A DNA stretch of 64,000 nucleotides, from positions 40,240,001-40,304,000 of the forward strand of contig NC_087251.1 in NCBI RefSeq assembly GCF_037042905.1, written 5' to 3'. A program made the translations under genes and the position numbers. The notes beneath the pieces are model-generated. The model saw only the letters and a program-made list of their open reading frames with translations. It had not been told where the DNA came from and made no database searches. The DNA comes from Lytechinus pictus. Its lineage: Eukaryota. Of the stretch, positions 11,054 through 22,030 are shown piece by piece. How positions within the stretch are numbered: the stretch's first letter is position 1; the number at the start of each line of letters is the position of its first letter.

Positions 11054-12595
11054 AATGCCACCGCACACATTGCGACTGTTCGCGATCCGATTTTGTAACA
11101 AATCGCATTTTGCTCATTTTCTAAAATGAGAATGGAACATTTCATTTTATTTGAGGTTAAAATTAATTGAAAGAATGCTAATATCACAATTTTGAAAGGT
11201 TGCAAGCCTTTATTTTGGAGTAAAGGCCAAATCAGTTTCAAATCGTAGCCAATCGTACGACTGCTATGACGTCATTAATATGACGTCATTAATGCTATGA
11301 CGTCATTAATATGACGTCATTAATGACGTCATTCTACCATATATTAATTATGGAATTATTGCCTGGGGATGTGCAATACAAACACAACTAAATAGAATAT
11401 TACTTCTCCAGAAAAAAGCTCTAAGAATAATTTTTCAAACACACTTTAGATCACATACTGATATCTTATTTTTTGAAAATAACATTCTTAAAGTAAGTGA
11501 CATATATCTTTTCGAACTTAGTCAATTTATGTTCAAATTAAGCAAGGACGACCTTCCCGCCATTTTCTCTAATATGTTCCGTAAAAATACATCCGTACAC
11601 TGCTACCCAACAAGGCAACGACAATATTATCATCTCCCTTTAACAAGAACTTTATTTGCAAAGAATTCATTTGTCTTCTCTGGGCCTGCCTACTGGAACT
11701 CTCTGCCTCAAGATTTCAAAGAATCCCCCAATGTAAATATTTTTAAACGCAAACTGAAAAAAATGTTAATTCTGCAATACTCGTCGCAAACAGGTCAAGC
11801 TGAATAACTAATTTAATTATACTCGACTTTTGTGTATATGCGTATTATATGCGCTCATATTATATACATAGTCATGTATATTATTCGTTTAATTATTTTC
11901 TTCTTAAAATTGCAATTAGCCAAAGTACCTGCTCCTGCTGCCCGCCTTCTTCTTTCTTTCTACTTAGTGTACTGCACTCCTCTGTCCCTCCTGTCTTCCC
12001 CCTCACCTCCCCCTCTCTTATAATATTGTAAAACGTAATTTTTTCTCACACGATCCATCAGTTACGTTTTTGTCAAGTGCACAAAAATTGTTTGTATTTA
12101 TTTTTAAACAAAATTATTATTAAGACCCAATATTTATTTGTTGTAATTTTGTAATGTAACTAAGATAGGGGCTTGTCTCTTGTACAAGCTTTGCCTTTTT
12201 TCGGCAAGTCCCTCCGTTTTACTTTTAAAATACAAATGTCATTTGAGATATCTTTATTTACTGAATTGTGTTCCTTAAATCTATGATTATGTTATATATA
12301 TTATATTTTGTCTTGTAGTATTTTCGACCTTGTTATGTTATGTTTATCATATTATGTACAATTGTGAAACGGAAATAAATAAATCAAATCAAATCAAATC
12401 ATTACGACTAGATATTAAATTTGCTTTTATTCTAAGAAGGATGATAGCATATTCACAGATTTGAACATAGGTATTCGTACGATGATTTCGAACACTACAC
12501 AGTAAGATATTCCAAGTCTCAATATTAGCATCAAATTCTACTACGTTTTATTCCAAAATTGAGTCGCAGACCAATCGTAAGGTATGCGGTCGCCT
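11054..12595. mobile_element. PIF/Harbinger-like MITE inserted into tandem unit 4, itself carrying a LINE
   Basis: Imperfect TIRs ATGCCACCGCACACATTGCGAC / ATCGTAAGGTATGCGGTCGCCT; TAA/TTA flanks. Confidence 0.65.
11331..12400 (+). mobile_element. 5'-truncated CR1-group (Crack/L2-like) LINE
   Basis: Open frame 11331-11807 ILPYINYGIIAWG...LQKKALRII...WNSLP...FKRKLK (ORF2 C-terminus), 3' UTR, AATAAA and (AAATC)n tail. Confidence 0.88.
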
Positions 12596-12635
12596 TTACG
12601 GTCAATCGGGTCGGGGTCGCCCTTGCCACTAACCC

Positions 12636-12700
12636 GTCTCTGTGGTCTACAGTGTAGTGGTTAAGGCACTGGCGTTCAAAGCTGTGGGCCCGGGTTAGAT
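12636..12700 (+). pseudogene. Degenerate, 3'-truncated copy of the tRNA-like module
   Basis: Insertion in the D arm; truncated in the T loop by another element. Confidence 0.6.
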
Positions 12701-14841
12701 CGGTACCGATTACCGACGTCTGACGACCATGAGTCATGGTTGAACTTTTCATTATCCTCAGCATCATTTTCTTTCGTCATACCCAGTGGCAGATCCAGCT
12801 TTCATGAATAGGAGGGTGGGACGGAAAAATATGTTTATATGTTTTTAAATATTTTCATTTCCCTGTCGCATCCGCCACGCCTCTTTTTTAAGGGATTAGT
12901 CCTAACTAAATTTTAATTCTTAGAAACATGATAAGGTATTTTATGTGGTCTGATCTGGAAGAAGAAGAATATATATTATCGCGCGAAGCGCGAGCTATTT
13001 TTTGTTATATTTTTTATATCAAGACCTGGAAAGAAAAAAATTTGAGCAGCTTTTGTAATCATCAACTAGATGCGTATCTAACTAAACGATCAATTCGAGC
13101 GCGAAGCGCGAGCTGAAATTTGTAATACTTGCTTGCAAAGGGACCATTTAAGAGTGATTTATTAACAGAATACATATCTTACTAATTCAAAAATTCGAGC
13201 GCAAAGTGCGAGCTGTTTTTTTTTATAATTCGATCTGAATAATCGATTGTAACCATAAAGAGGATGGATGCGTTAATCAAATAATTGATGCGAGCACAAA
13301 GCGCGAGCTAAAATTTTTTATTTTTGACCAGAAAACTCAACATTCTAAGAATCTTTTTTTTTAATAACTTTTTATTCAAATCAACTGAAGCTTTTAATCA
13401 ACTGATCTGAAAAAGTACATGTACATGACTGTTTGCAGTGAATCGTGAATAGAATATAATTATCACCAATCAAATAGAGCGAGAGCGAAGCGCGAGTGGA
13501 AAAATCTTGAGATATTCGATCTGAAAACTGGACTGGTTGAGCAGGTCTTTGATAAAGAATACACTGATTTTTGCAGATTTTATAAATCAGGACATTCGAA
13601 GCTATGTAACTATGAAGAGGGTGTGCATAAATCTAAGCAATTGATGCGAGCGCGAAGCGCGATCTGAACATTTTTAATTCAAGATCTGACATTTGGACAT
13701 TGTAAACACTTTTTGTAATTATGAATAATATGCATAAATAACTAACCAATACATGCTAAGGCGAGCTGAAAGTTTTAATCAACTGATCTGTAAAAGCACC
13801 TATTAATGACTGTGTGCAGTGACTCATGAATATGGACTTTTTTTATAAAGAAAACAGTCAGTAAACATGCAGGTGAGCTGAGAGTAACCATCAAGAGGGT
13901 GGGCATAGAACTAAGTAACTTTTGCAAGCGTGAAGCGCGACCTGAAAATTTGTTGTTTTACAACATAAAAATTTGATAATTTTTGCAATCATGAATACGA
14001 TGGGTATCTAATAAAACAAGTAATGCAAGCATGAAGCGTGAGCTGGGGTTTTTCTGTAGCTTTAAGACTTGAAATCGGGCATATCTAATGCAGTTTTTGT
14101 AATCATGAAAAGGAAAGCTATCAATGAATGATGCGTGGCGAAGCGCGAGCTGGAAATGTTTGATATTTTTACACGTTTTTATATTAAGAAAACATTCGGA
14201 TTCTGCATCTGTAATAGACAGGCTGTCTATCCCAATCAGCATAATTCGAGCGCGAAGCGTGAGCTGAAATAATATAAATAAATAATTTACTGACCCGAAA
14301 GGGATCCTTTTAAGCACTGTCCAACATGAAGGAAAATTGTAGGAGGATATGGATTTCACTATAAATGCTGCGAGCGCGAAGCGCGAGCTGAATTTTTTTG
14401 GGGGGGACTTGGACCTTAAACCAGAACATACTTATCACTGTCGGTACAGAAGCGCGAGCTGAAAACCTTTGATTTTACAGCCTGAAAACTGGACATTCTA
14501 CACGCTTTTTGCAATCATGAACACGATGGGTATATCTAATCAAACAAAGACCTACTTTTTTAAAAAAATATTTAGACTTAAAATCGGACATTCCATGCAG
14601 TTTTTGTAATCACGAAAAGGAAGGGTATCGATGAATAATGTGAGCTAAAGCCAAATTTTTTCCTACTTAGATTTTTTTTTCTATTTCCCTTCTCTCCCTT
14701 TCCTCTTTCTCCCTTCCTTTTCCCCCTCCCGCCGTTTTCTTCATTTTCCCCGACGGCAGCGCAGATTTACCGACGATATCCAGAGTAGTGGGAAGGGGGG
14801 GTACGTTGCACCCCCACCTCCCCCCTTTAGCGACGGCCCTG
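12699..14841 (+). mobile_element. Composite repeat with an internal ~115-120-bp GCGAGCGCGAAGCGCGAGCTG tandem array
   Basis: Motif recurs from 12980 to 14650; CAGTGGCAGATCCAGC at 12785; leader shared with 28024-28130. Confidence 0.75.
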
Positions 14842-15447
14842 CACACAGGTTTACCTATTTAAACCTCGTCGACCATGACACCTTCTCTCTCTGATTTTCT
14901 CCTTTTGTTTTCTTCTTTCTCTCTGCCTTTTCCTTCCTTCCTTCCGTCCTTTTTTCTTTTTCAATTTTTCTTCTTTCCATTTTCTTTCCTCTTCCCTCTT
15001 TTTTTTTTCGTTTTTACCCATTTTCTTCATTTTTCTGATGATATTCAGAGTAGGCGGGGGGGGGGGGAGAGGATGTCGCATCCCCACACCCCCTTTACCG
15101 ACGGCCCTCCCACCATCACTCTCATCGAGACATTCAAATCTGAATTAAAGACCTTTTCCAGCCAATGTTTTTTACCCATTATTTTGTGAATATGATACTT
15201 TGTATATACAGTATGTATGTTTTTGTATGGATTTTTATGAGCAAATAAATTGAAATTGAAATTGAATTGAATTTATTTAACGATAAAGGCCATATTTTTT
15301 CTTTGAGAGGCGTCCTTTACCATGCCTTTGTGCCTATGACTGCCCCTCCCATACAATGACTGCTATCATTTTACTATGAAACATTATTGTTAATTCATTT
15401 TATACTGTATGTGGTCAATTATTTCATGGAAATAAAATAATCAATCT

Positions 15448-15820
15448 ATTATTATCATCATCGTCGTCGTCGTCATAAGTATTATCATCATTATCATCAT
15501 CTTCATCATCATCATCGTCATCACCGTCATCATCGCCATCACCACCATCATCATCATCATCATCACCGTCATCATCGCCATTATCATCATCATCATCATC
15601 ATCATCATCATCGTCATCACCGTCATCATCATCGTCGTCATCATCGCCATTATCATCATCATCATCATCATCATCATCACCGTCATCATCGCCATTATCA
15701 TCATCATTATCATCGTCATCACCGTCATCATTGTCATTATCATCATCACCATCATCATCTTCATCTTCATCATCATCATCATCGTTACCATCACCATCAT
15801 CATCATCATCATCATCAACC
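15448..15820. repeat. (CAT)n-type microsatellite
   Basis: Gives poly-D and poly-M pseudo-ORFs. Confidence 0.97.
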
Positions 15821-16298
15821 ACCGTCAACCACCATTATAGCAGAAAGTACAACTCAAGAAACAAGGCCTAGTGGGTGAATATTTGTTTGGTAATTGATTT
15901 TTTTTAGAATAAACAGTGAATCCATAACGAGATATTACATTTCTTAATACAATCAATACCAGAAGTATTATTATAGGATCACCCTAACAATGATTCAATT
16001 TTTATCCATAATCAAATTTAAAGGAAGTTAATTTTTATTGCTTTATGATAAATAATACATATAAGTCTGATAAGACTCTTGTCATTACGAATCATTGATC
16101 TTCATAGAAATTGCCATATCTATTTAGTCCCATTCCTTCTTCCCTTTCTTCTTAGTCATCACCATTATTATCTCATCTTCAATATGTATTCTTCTTGACC
16201 TCTTTTGACAAAATGTTATGAATTTTGCGCCTCTTCTGGACTGGAGCTATAATTGACTACCGTTATCAGCACAGCTTAATCCATGTTAATACACATCT

Positions 16299-16456
16299 GG
16301 GCCCGTTTCATAAAGAGTTACAACTGTTGTAACTTTGCCATTATGGCAACTACCATCATGGTAACAGGGCTCAGCAGCCAATCAGAATCAAGGTTTCCAT
16401 GGTAGTTGCCATAATGGCAAAGTTACAACAGTTGCAACTCTTTATGAAACGGGACC
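16299..16456. mobile_element. Palindromic MITE (GGGCCCGTTTCATAAAG termini)
   Basis: ~60-bp near-perfect inverted arms; related terminus at ~63798. Confidence 0.8.
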
Positions 16457-17076
16457 CTGAATTCGGGGCGAACGACAGGAATAATACCTTAAACCCCATA
16501 AAAAAATACCCTTTCCCCTCTGTTGATTGATTTTGACGTCAGGTTTAAAATGGTACTTGTAAAAACTTGGGAAGTGTTTCACGAAAAGCAGTCATCGACT
16601 TCACTGACAAAACACACTGTAAAAACTATTGGGTGAAACTTTAACCAGCACGGGGGTAATAATGTGTTAAACCAATTTGGGGCTGTATTTTACCCAATGC
16701 GGGAAGCATATTGTCCAGTAATGTTGAAAATAAGCAGCAATTAATTTAGAATGGGCAAAATTTTTCGTCACAATTTGGATAAATAAAAATGCCACAAAAA
16801 GAAATGCACAATGTTGGTTGGACACATAATTACCACCATGGATCTCATTTTTACCCAATATTTTTTCTAGAGTGCATGCTCTGAGCCAATCAGATGCATG
16901 CATTTTTTAAAAGCTCATTTCAATAGTCAGTGAAAATAACTGACTTTTTGTTTTATTAAATGTCCCCGCGTGTTCTATGAATAAAAAGAAATATCCTGGA
17001 TGAAAGCTATACCATAACGATAGTCCTCCAAGTAGTGGCGTGGAGGATGGGGGTCTACATGATCGAACCAACGGTT

Positions 17077-17351
17077 TTACGTTGGAAACACAAATAGAGT
17101 ATTTCCTTTGCTAGGTTGGATAGACGTCATTGAAATGGCTTTCTTGAACCGAGCGATGTATCTTCCTGTCCATGTTCTTTCCGGAGTCAAGACAAAGGCT
17201 GCACACTGTCGATCTCGAAGACATATTCTTATTGCTTCATTCTCATCGTGTACAGACAGCACACATATAGCAGCGAGTTGTCTGGTACCAGGACACCAAT
17301 ATTCCTCAGCTTGATCGGCAGTATGATCATGATAAACATGGAAATGTGAAT
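17077..17351 (-). CDS. PKDCC: PKDCC-like exon 6, last coding exon (Cys-rich C-terminal domain, TAA stop)
   Basis: tttatcttgatag acceptor; EEYWC...CVLSVHDENEAIRIC...QCAAFV...TWTGR...FK resembles the PKDCC C-terminus; total CDS 2097 nt stays in frame. Confidence 0.92.
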
Positions 17352-17875
17352 CTATCAAGATAAAAGTTCAAAAGAAAATAAAAGGGCTTATGATCGAGTG
17401 AAATTGTGAAAAATAAGGTTTCAATACATCAGCAAAATCGAATGGATTAGCTAGAATTAGTCAATATTATATTCGTTTATTTCTTATCTTTTGTTGAATA
17501 TTTTGTTTTGATATTATGATTATGATTCATATATCATACAACCACGTACTAGCACATATTTGTAAATTGATTGCTTGTTTTCATTCTTTTTAATAACTTA
17601 CTCCTCAATTTCTTGTCCACTTTGCACATTAATATTCATATTTAGTCCATGACACTCTATATTCATTATACTTATTTACGAAAATGCCAATTTATGATTA
17701 TGAATCACAATTTGTTATTTATGCTAATATATGATTCTAAAGTATGATTACAAAGAGGCCGATTTCAGACCGAGCGACGGTATGTCATTCGGAACAATAT
17801 AATAGTATTGATTGGTTTGCATATAGTCTGTTTGGTTGATGTGACGGCGACACCAGGCCCTCTCGTCTTCTATGG

Positions 17876-18039
17876 AAAAACGCTGTTTAAAATTTTAAAC
17901 ACGTTGTTTAAGCCCGTCACTCTAACAAGTTGTTTCAACTTTTAAACAACATGTTAAAAACTTTCAACAACTTGTTTTAAAATGTTAACAATAGGGACGC
18001 GGGCTTAAACAACGTGCCTAAAATTTTAAAAAGCGTTTT
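17876..18039. mobile_element. Palindromic MITE in intron 5
   Basis: aaaacgctgtttaaaattttaaacacgttgtttaagcccg mirrored at 17999-18039. Confidence 0.75.
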
Positions 18040-18076
18040 ATATCAATCGAACTTTATCTTTCACTAGTCTTCTTAC

Positions 18077-18184
18077 CATTAATATTGGAGGTATATCCTT
18101 GGTCTATATATTTTCCCTGCTTATAATAATTGAGTATTGTCTGCACATGCTGCAAGCACTGTCTTGGAGACCACAGAATCTTTT
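18077..18184 (-). CDS. PKDCC: PKDCC-like exon 5 (KKILWSPRQCLQHVQTILNYYKQGKYIDQGYTSNIN)
   Basis: ttctatcctcag acceptor, GTAAGA donor; 108 nt, phase 1/1; resembles W...VLHLYRSGQYL. Confidence 0.88.
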
Positions 18185-18567
18185 CTGAGGATAGAACAAA
18201 GATAAATAGTATAAAAAAGGTCAGCATAATCATGCATCCTTGCCAACTCAATTACACAATGCAGCTTTTTACATAGTGTGAATTATGACAATCAGCAATT
18301 AAGTATAATTCTAATTATAAAAAAATACAACCTCCACAAGACATTAGTAACATTGTGTCCAAGCATCTTATTTAATATTTAAAACAAAATATTTGGATAT
18401 ATTTAGGCCTAATACCTTTTTTTTTGTTTTCTGTTGTAAATATATACATAAATACCAATTTGATTATAAATCTTAATTCAAATCGTCTTTTTCCATTCTG
18501 TTTATAATGGATCCCTATGAACACGTCTCTAGCAACTGTTATATACTATTCAGGGAAATGCACTTAC

Positions 18568-18808
18568 TGGTATTATTAATAAATTGTCCTATGAGTTCAC
18601 TCATCCCAGGTGGATGTTCGAGTTGCAGGAAAACGAAGAACTTGAGGTAGGAATGTGCCATGTTAGATTTCTGACTGAAGTTAGAACAGACTTCATTGCT
18701 ACACGAGGTGTAGACTGTAATATTGGTTCCCATATCAATACTGCACTCCGAGCTCGTCGAACACGGCGAATGATTGTTATCGACATCGTCGAGGTCCGCA
18801 AGTTTAAT
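18568..18808 (-). CDS. PKDCC: PKDCC-like exon 4 (IKLADLDDVDNNHSPCSTSSEC...LIGQFINNT)
   Basis: tttttttcccag acceptor, GTAAGT donor; 241 nt, phase 0/1; DLDD motif and Cys-rich insert typical of the family. Confidence 0.92.
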
Positions 18809-19476
18809 CTGGGAAAAAAACCATGCAATGATAAAACATTGAATGTAGTTGAGTGAAAAGGAAAAATCTTAGCTGTTAGAATTTCATATAAAACGAAGAT
18901 AGGGAAAGCTTTAAGAAAAATTTGTGAGGGCGAGAGTGGTAGGGTAGGGTAGGGTCGCAATACCCCAGTGGTGTCGCCAGGATACATGGGAGGGGGGGGG
19001 GTAAGTGGAGAGCAAAAGGAAATGTTGGAGGGCATTTACTCTACATTTATTTTCTTCATTATTATTTTTGTATTTCTTGGGGGCAACTCGGGGGGGGGGG
19101 GGGTGTAAATGTTCCTAATGTCCCCTTGGTGCCGGTTAATACACGAACATGATGACATGATGAGCTTCACTGTGAGCATGGATCCTACTATCCAGGCCTA
19201 GCGACAAAGTCAAAGCATCAATAAAGAATAATCGAAATGTCACTGAATAATGATTTAATGAGACAAACTAAAATGAAAATTATCAGCAATAAGAAAAAAT
19301 GACCACATTGGCCGTCTTGCCTGAAGATATGTGACTTTGAAGAGTGGGTTATCATCCTGAATCTGTTTGAGAAGATGAGAGACTTAACTGAAGCGTCATT
19401 TATCAACCTATAAAGTTTCGATAAACTTTAATTCATGTGTGATATTAGGCATAATAAGATTAATAATGCACCATAC

Positions 19477-19584
19477 CTCTCCATCAACGATGATGAATTG
19501 AGAAAGCTTGTAATCATGGATGGCCAGGGATCCGATGGGTGATTCGGACAGATAAACCATCAGTCTACTTATACCAAGGCATAC
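19477..19584 (-). CDS. PKDCC: PKDCC-like exon 3 (VCLGISRLMVYLSESPIGSLAIHDYKLSQFIIVDGE; catalytic loop)
   Basis: attatcag acceptor, GTATGG donor; 108 nt, phase 0/0; resembles PKDCC [22 protein letters not shown]. Confidence 0.92.
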
Positions 19585-20189
19585 CTGATAATCATAATAA
19601 TGATAATAATAATACTAATAATAACATTAATAATATTAATAATAATAACAATAACATTAATATAATGATAATGCTTATTTTAATAATAATATATATATCG
19701 CTTTTTGCCTGAGGGCATTCAGTGTGTTCAAGGAATTAATTCTACCAGTAACCAATTCATCAATTGAGTTATGACTCTTAATGTTAAGAATACAATATTA
19801 GAAAAGATGAATGTGGTATTGGGTCAGTGGTGGATCCTGGAGGAAATAGTTATGACAATTAAAAAAAGACAACAGAAAAGTATATAGAAACATCATTCAT
19901 GTCATTGGGCCCCCTCCCTGGCATATAGTAAAGGGTGATTAGAATGATGACATCTCTTTTTTAATTTGTCAGAAAGCCATGAAAAAAGAAGTAAATGGCA
20001 ACATTATTTATTTAAACTGATCAAGGCGGTATACAATAATTAAAAAAATACAACCAAAGAACATCAAAATTACACATTACTAAGGATTGGTGTTCATATT
20101 CATTCCTACAATTTATTGACATCCATTCTTGCCTTTCGTATTGCTTTAGAAGCTGTTGAAATATATTTCTATGGTAAGAACAGACATAC

Positions 20190-20330
20190 CCTCAGGCGAT
20201 CCTCCCAAGTCATCTGAAGAAGATTGATGAAAGTAAGAGGTGTGCCACGTTCTACGATAGTCAAACTTGAGGGCGTCCTACAGCCTGATCCTCTGAAAGG
20301 ATCTTCACCTTTGACACAAAAACCTAACAG
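20190..20330 (-). CDS. PKDCC: PKDCC-like exon 2 (LLGFCVKGEDPFRGSGCRTPSSLTIVERGTPLTFINLLQMTWEDRLR)
   Basis: Hand translation; ttcttcacacag acceptor, GTATGT donor; 141 nt, phase 0/0; resembles PKDCC LYGYC...LLQTSWEDRFR; absent from ORF track. Confidence 0.92.
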
Positions 20331-20684
20331 CTGTGTGAAGAAAATGGATATAGGAGAGAAGTAGAGAGAGAGAGAGAGAGAGAGAGAGGGGAGAGAGAAT
20401 GAGAAAGAGGGCGGCTAAATATTAGCTTACCTCATCTAAACAATAAACCAGATAAAGACACTTCGATATTATTCCCAAGATCTTCTGAATCACAATGAAA
20501 AACATTACTTTTCCAGCAGTTTTTGGCGTTTAACTCGAAAAAAAATATAAAAGCACGAAAATGTCGGAAAAAATAATGCCAATACATTATGTGGCATATA
20601 TAACTTTACGCAATATAATAAATATTGACCCCCCCCCCTCCATCTCTTTCTCTATCTCTTATCGTTAATCAGGGAATTTCCTGA

Positions 20685-22030
20685 TTCAAATCAATTCAAT
20701 TCAATTCTTTATTCCATTTCCATTCAAACATAATACAAAGTAATATAAAGTAATACAAATCAAAATACAATTTTACAGACGAGCATTCTTACTTCTTAAA
20801 AAAAAAAAAAAAAAACAGTATAGTATTGAGCATTAATCGAAATGAGGGGGGTCCACTAAAAAGCAAAGCTTGTAAAGTGTGGATCCCCCTTGGAAATGAA
20901 GAAAATATAATCAACTTATTCATATATGCGTTTATATACAGGAAAGAAAAAAGAGAAGGAACAAAAAGGTCGAAATCATATTGATGTAAGCATAATTACA
21001 AAACAAGTGCAAAGTTATTCACACAAAGAGGTCTTCGCTGTGAAGGATATGTTGCGCAATAGACAGAAGAAAAAGCAGAAAGAGAGAGGGAATGACAAGA
21101 CATAGAAGACAAGACAAAACAAGAGACAGGACAGTACAAGACAAGATAATAAGTAAAAAAAAATAAAAGGAGGAAAAGTCAGAATGGGGAAGGGCTGACC
21201 ACAAACCAGCTTGATCTGGTGAAGTAACAAAAAATGATATAACTGGACAATAAAAGATGAAAAAAGATAAAACAATAAAAATGAAAAATGTAAGGATGAT
21301 AATCAAGATAATGAAGTCTTAGTTCCGTTGCGAAGAATTATAAGAATGAAGCAGGATAAGTTTGAGTTTACGTTTGAATGAATTTAAAGAGACACTGTCT
21401 TTAACATTATTAGATAGGGAGTTCCAGAATTTAGGACCGTTGAATAGGAATGTATTTTTGGCCAGTAAAGTTCTGTAAAGTGGTGTATGAAGTTCGTCAG
21501 AGTGTCTCAGTGGGGTAGTTATGATAAAATTGATATTTAAGGAACATGGCATCAAAAATATGGGGAAGTGCATTATTATTATAACTATGCATGAAGTGCC
21601 CTAACTGTACTAAATACAGGTCTTTGACTTTTTAACAGTTTACTTTCTAGAAAAAGTGGGTCCGTATGAGAGCGGAAAGCTGTACTATAAATAATACGAA
21701 GTGCTTTCTTTTGCAAAAGTAACAATTTATCTAATAAATATTGATGGGTATTACCCCAAATAAGAATCCCGTAGTTTAAACAAGGCAAAATTAAGGATGA
21801 GTAAAGCATGATTAATGATGTGGAGGGAATGCAAAATTTTAGCATATTAATAATACCTATATTTCGTGAAATTATTTTGGATATATTTCCAATATGATTT
21901 TTCCAAGAAAGGTTACTGTCAACTGTTATTCCTAGAAATTTGGTGTACGTTACCATTTTTAATGCGGTATTATCAAACATAATGTTCATCGGTAACTTGT
22001 ATATGGAATTTCTAAATAGCATGTAATAAC
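20685..22030 (-). mobile_element. 5'-truncated, frameshifted CR1-group LINE in intron 1
   Basis: KFLGITVDSNLSWKNHI...YGILIWG...LQKKALRII...WNSL...FKRKLK across broken frames; (ATTGA)n tail. Confidence 0.88.

Larger units (their letters stand above)
9460..12700 (+). repeat. ~400-bp tandem repeat (4 units, two interrupted), each with a tRNA-like module
   Basis: Units start at ~9461, 9850, 10258, 10938; unit 4 is broken at ~11050 and resumes at ~12598. Confidence 0.9.

Noticed and set aside
15424..15828. Poly-Asp and poly-Met ORFs (also the His/Ile-rich ORFs at 25.5-26.4 kb)
   Set aside because: Translations of trinucleotide microsatellites
16034..16957. PolyA signal assignment (minus-strand AATAAA at 16952-16957 or 16034-16039)
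   Set aside because: AT-rich background and one site lies in a repeat; cannot choose without transcript data
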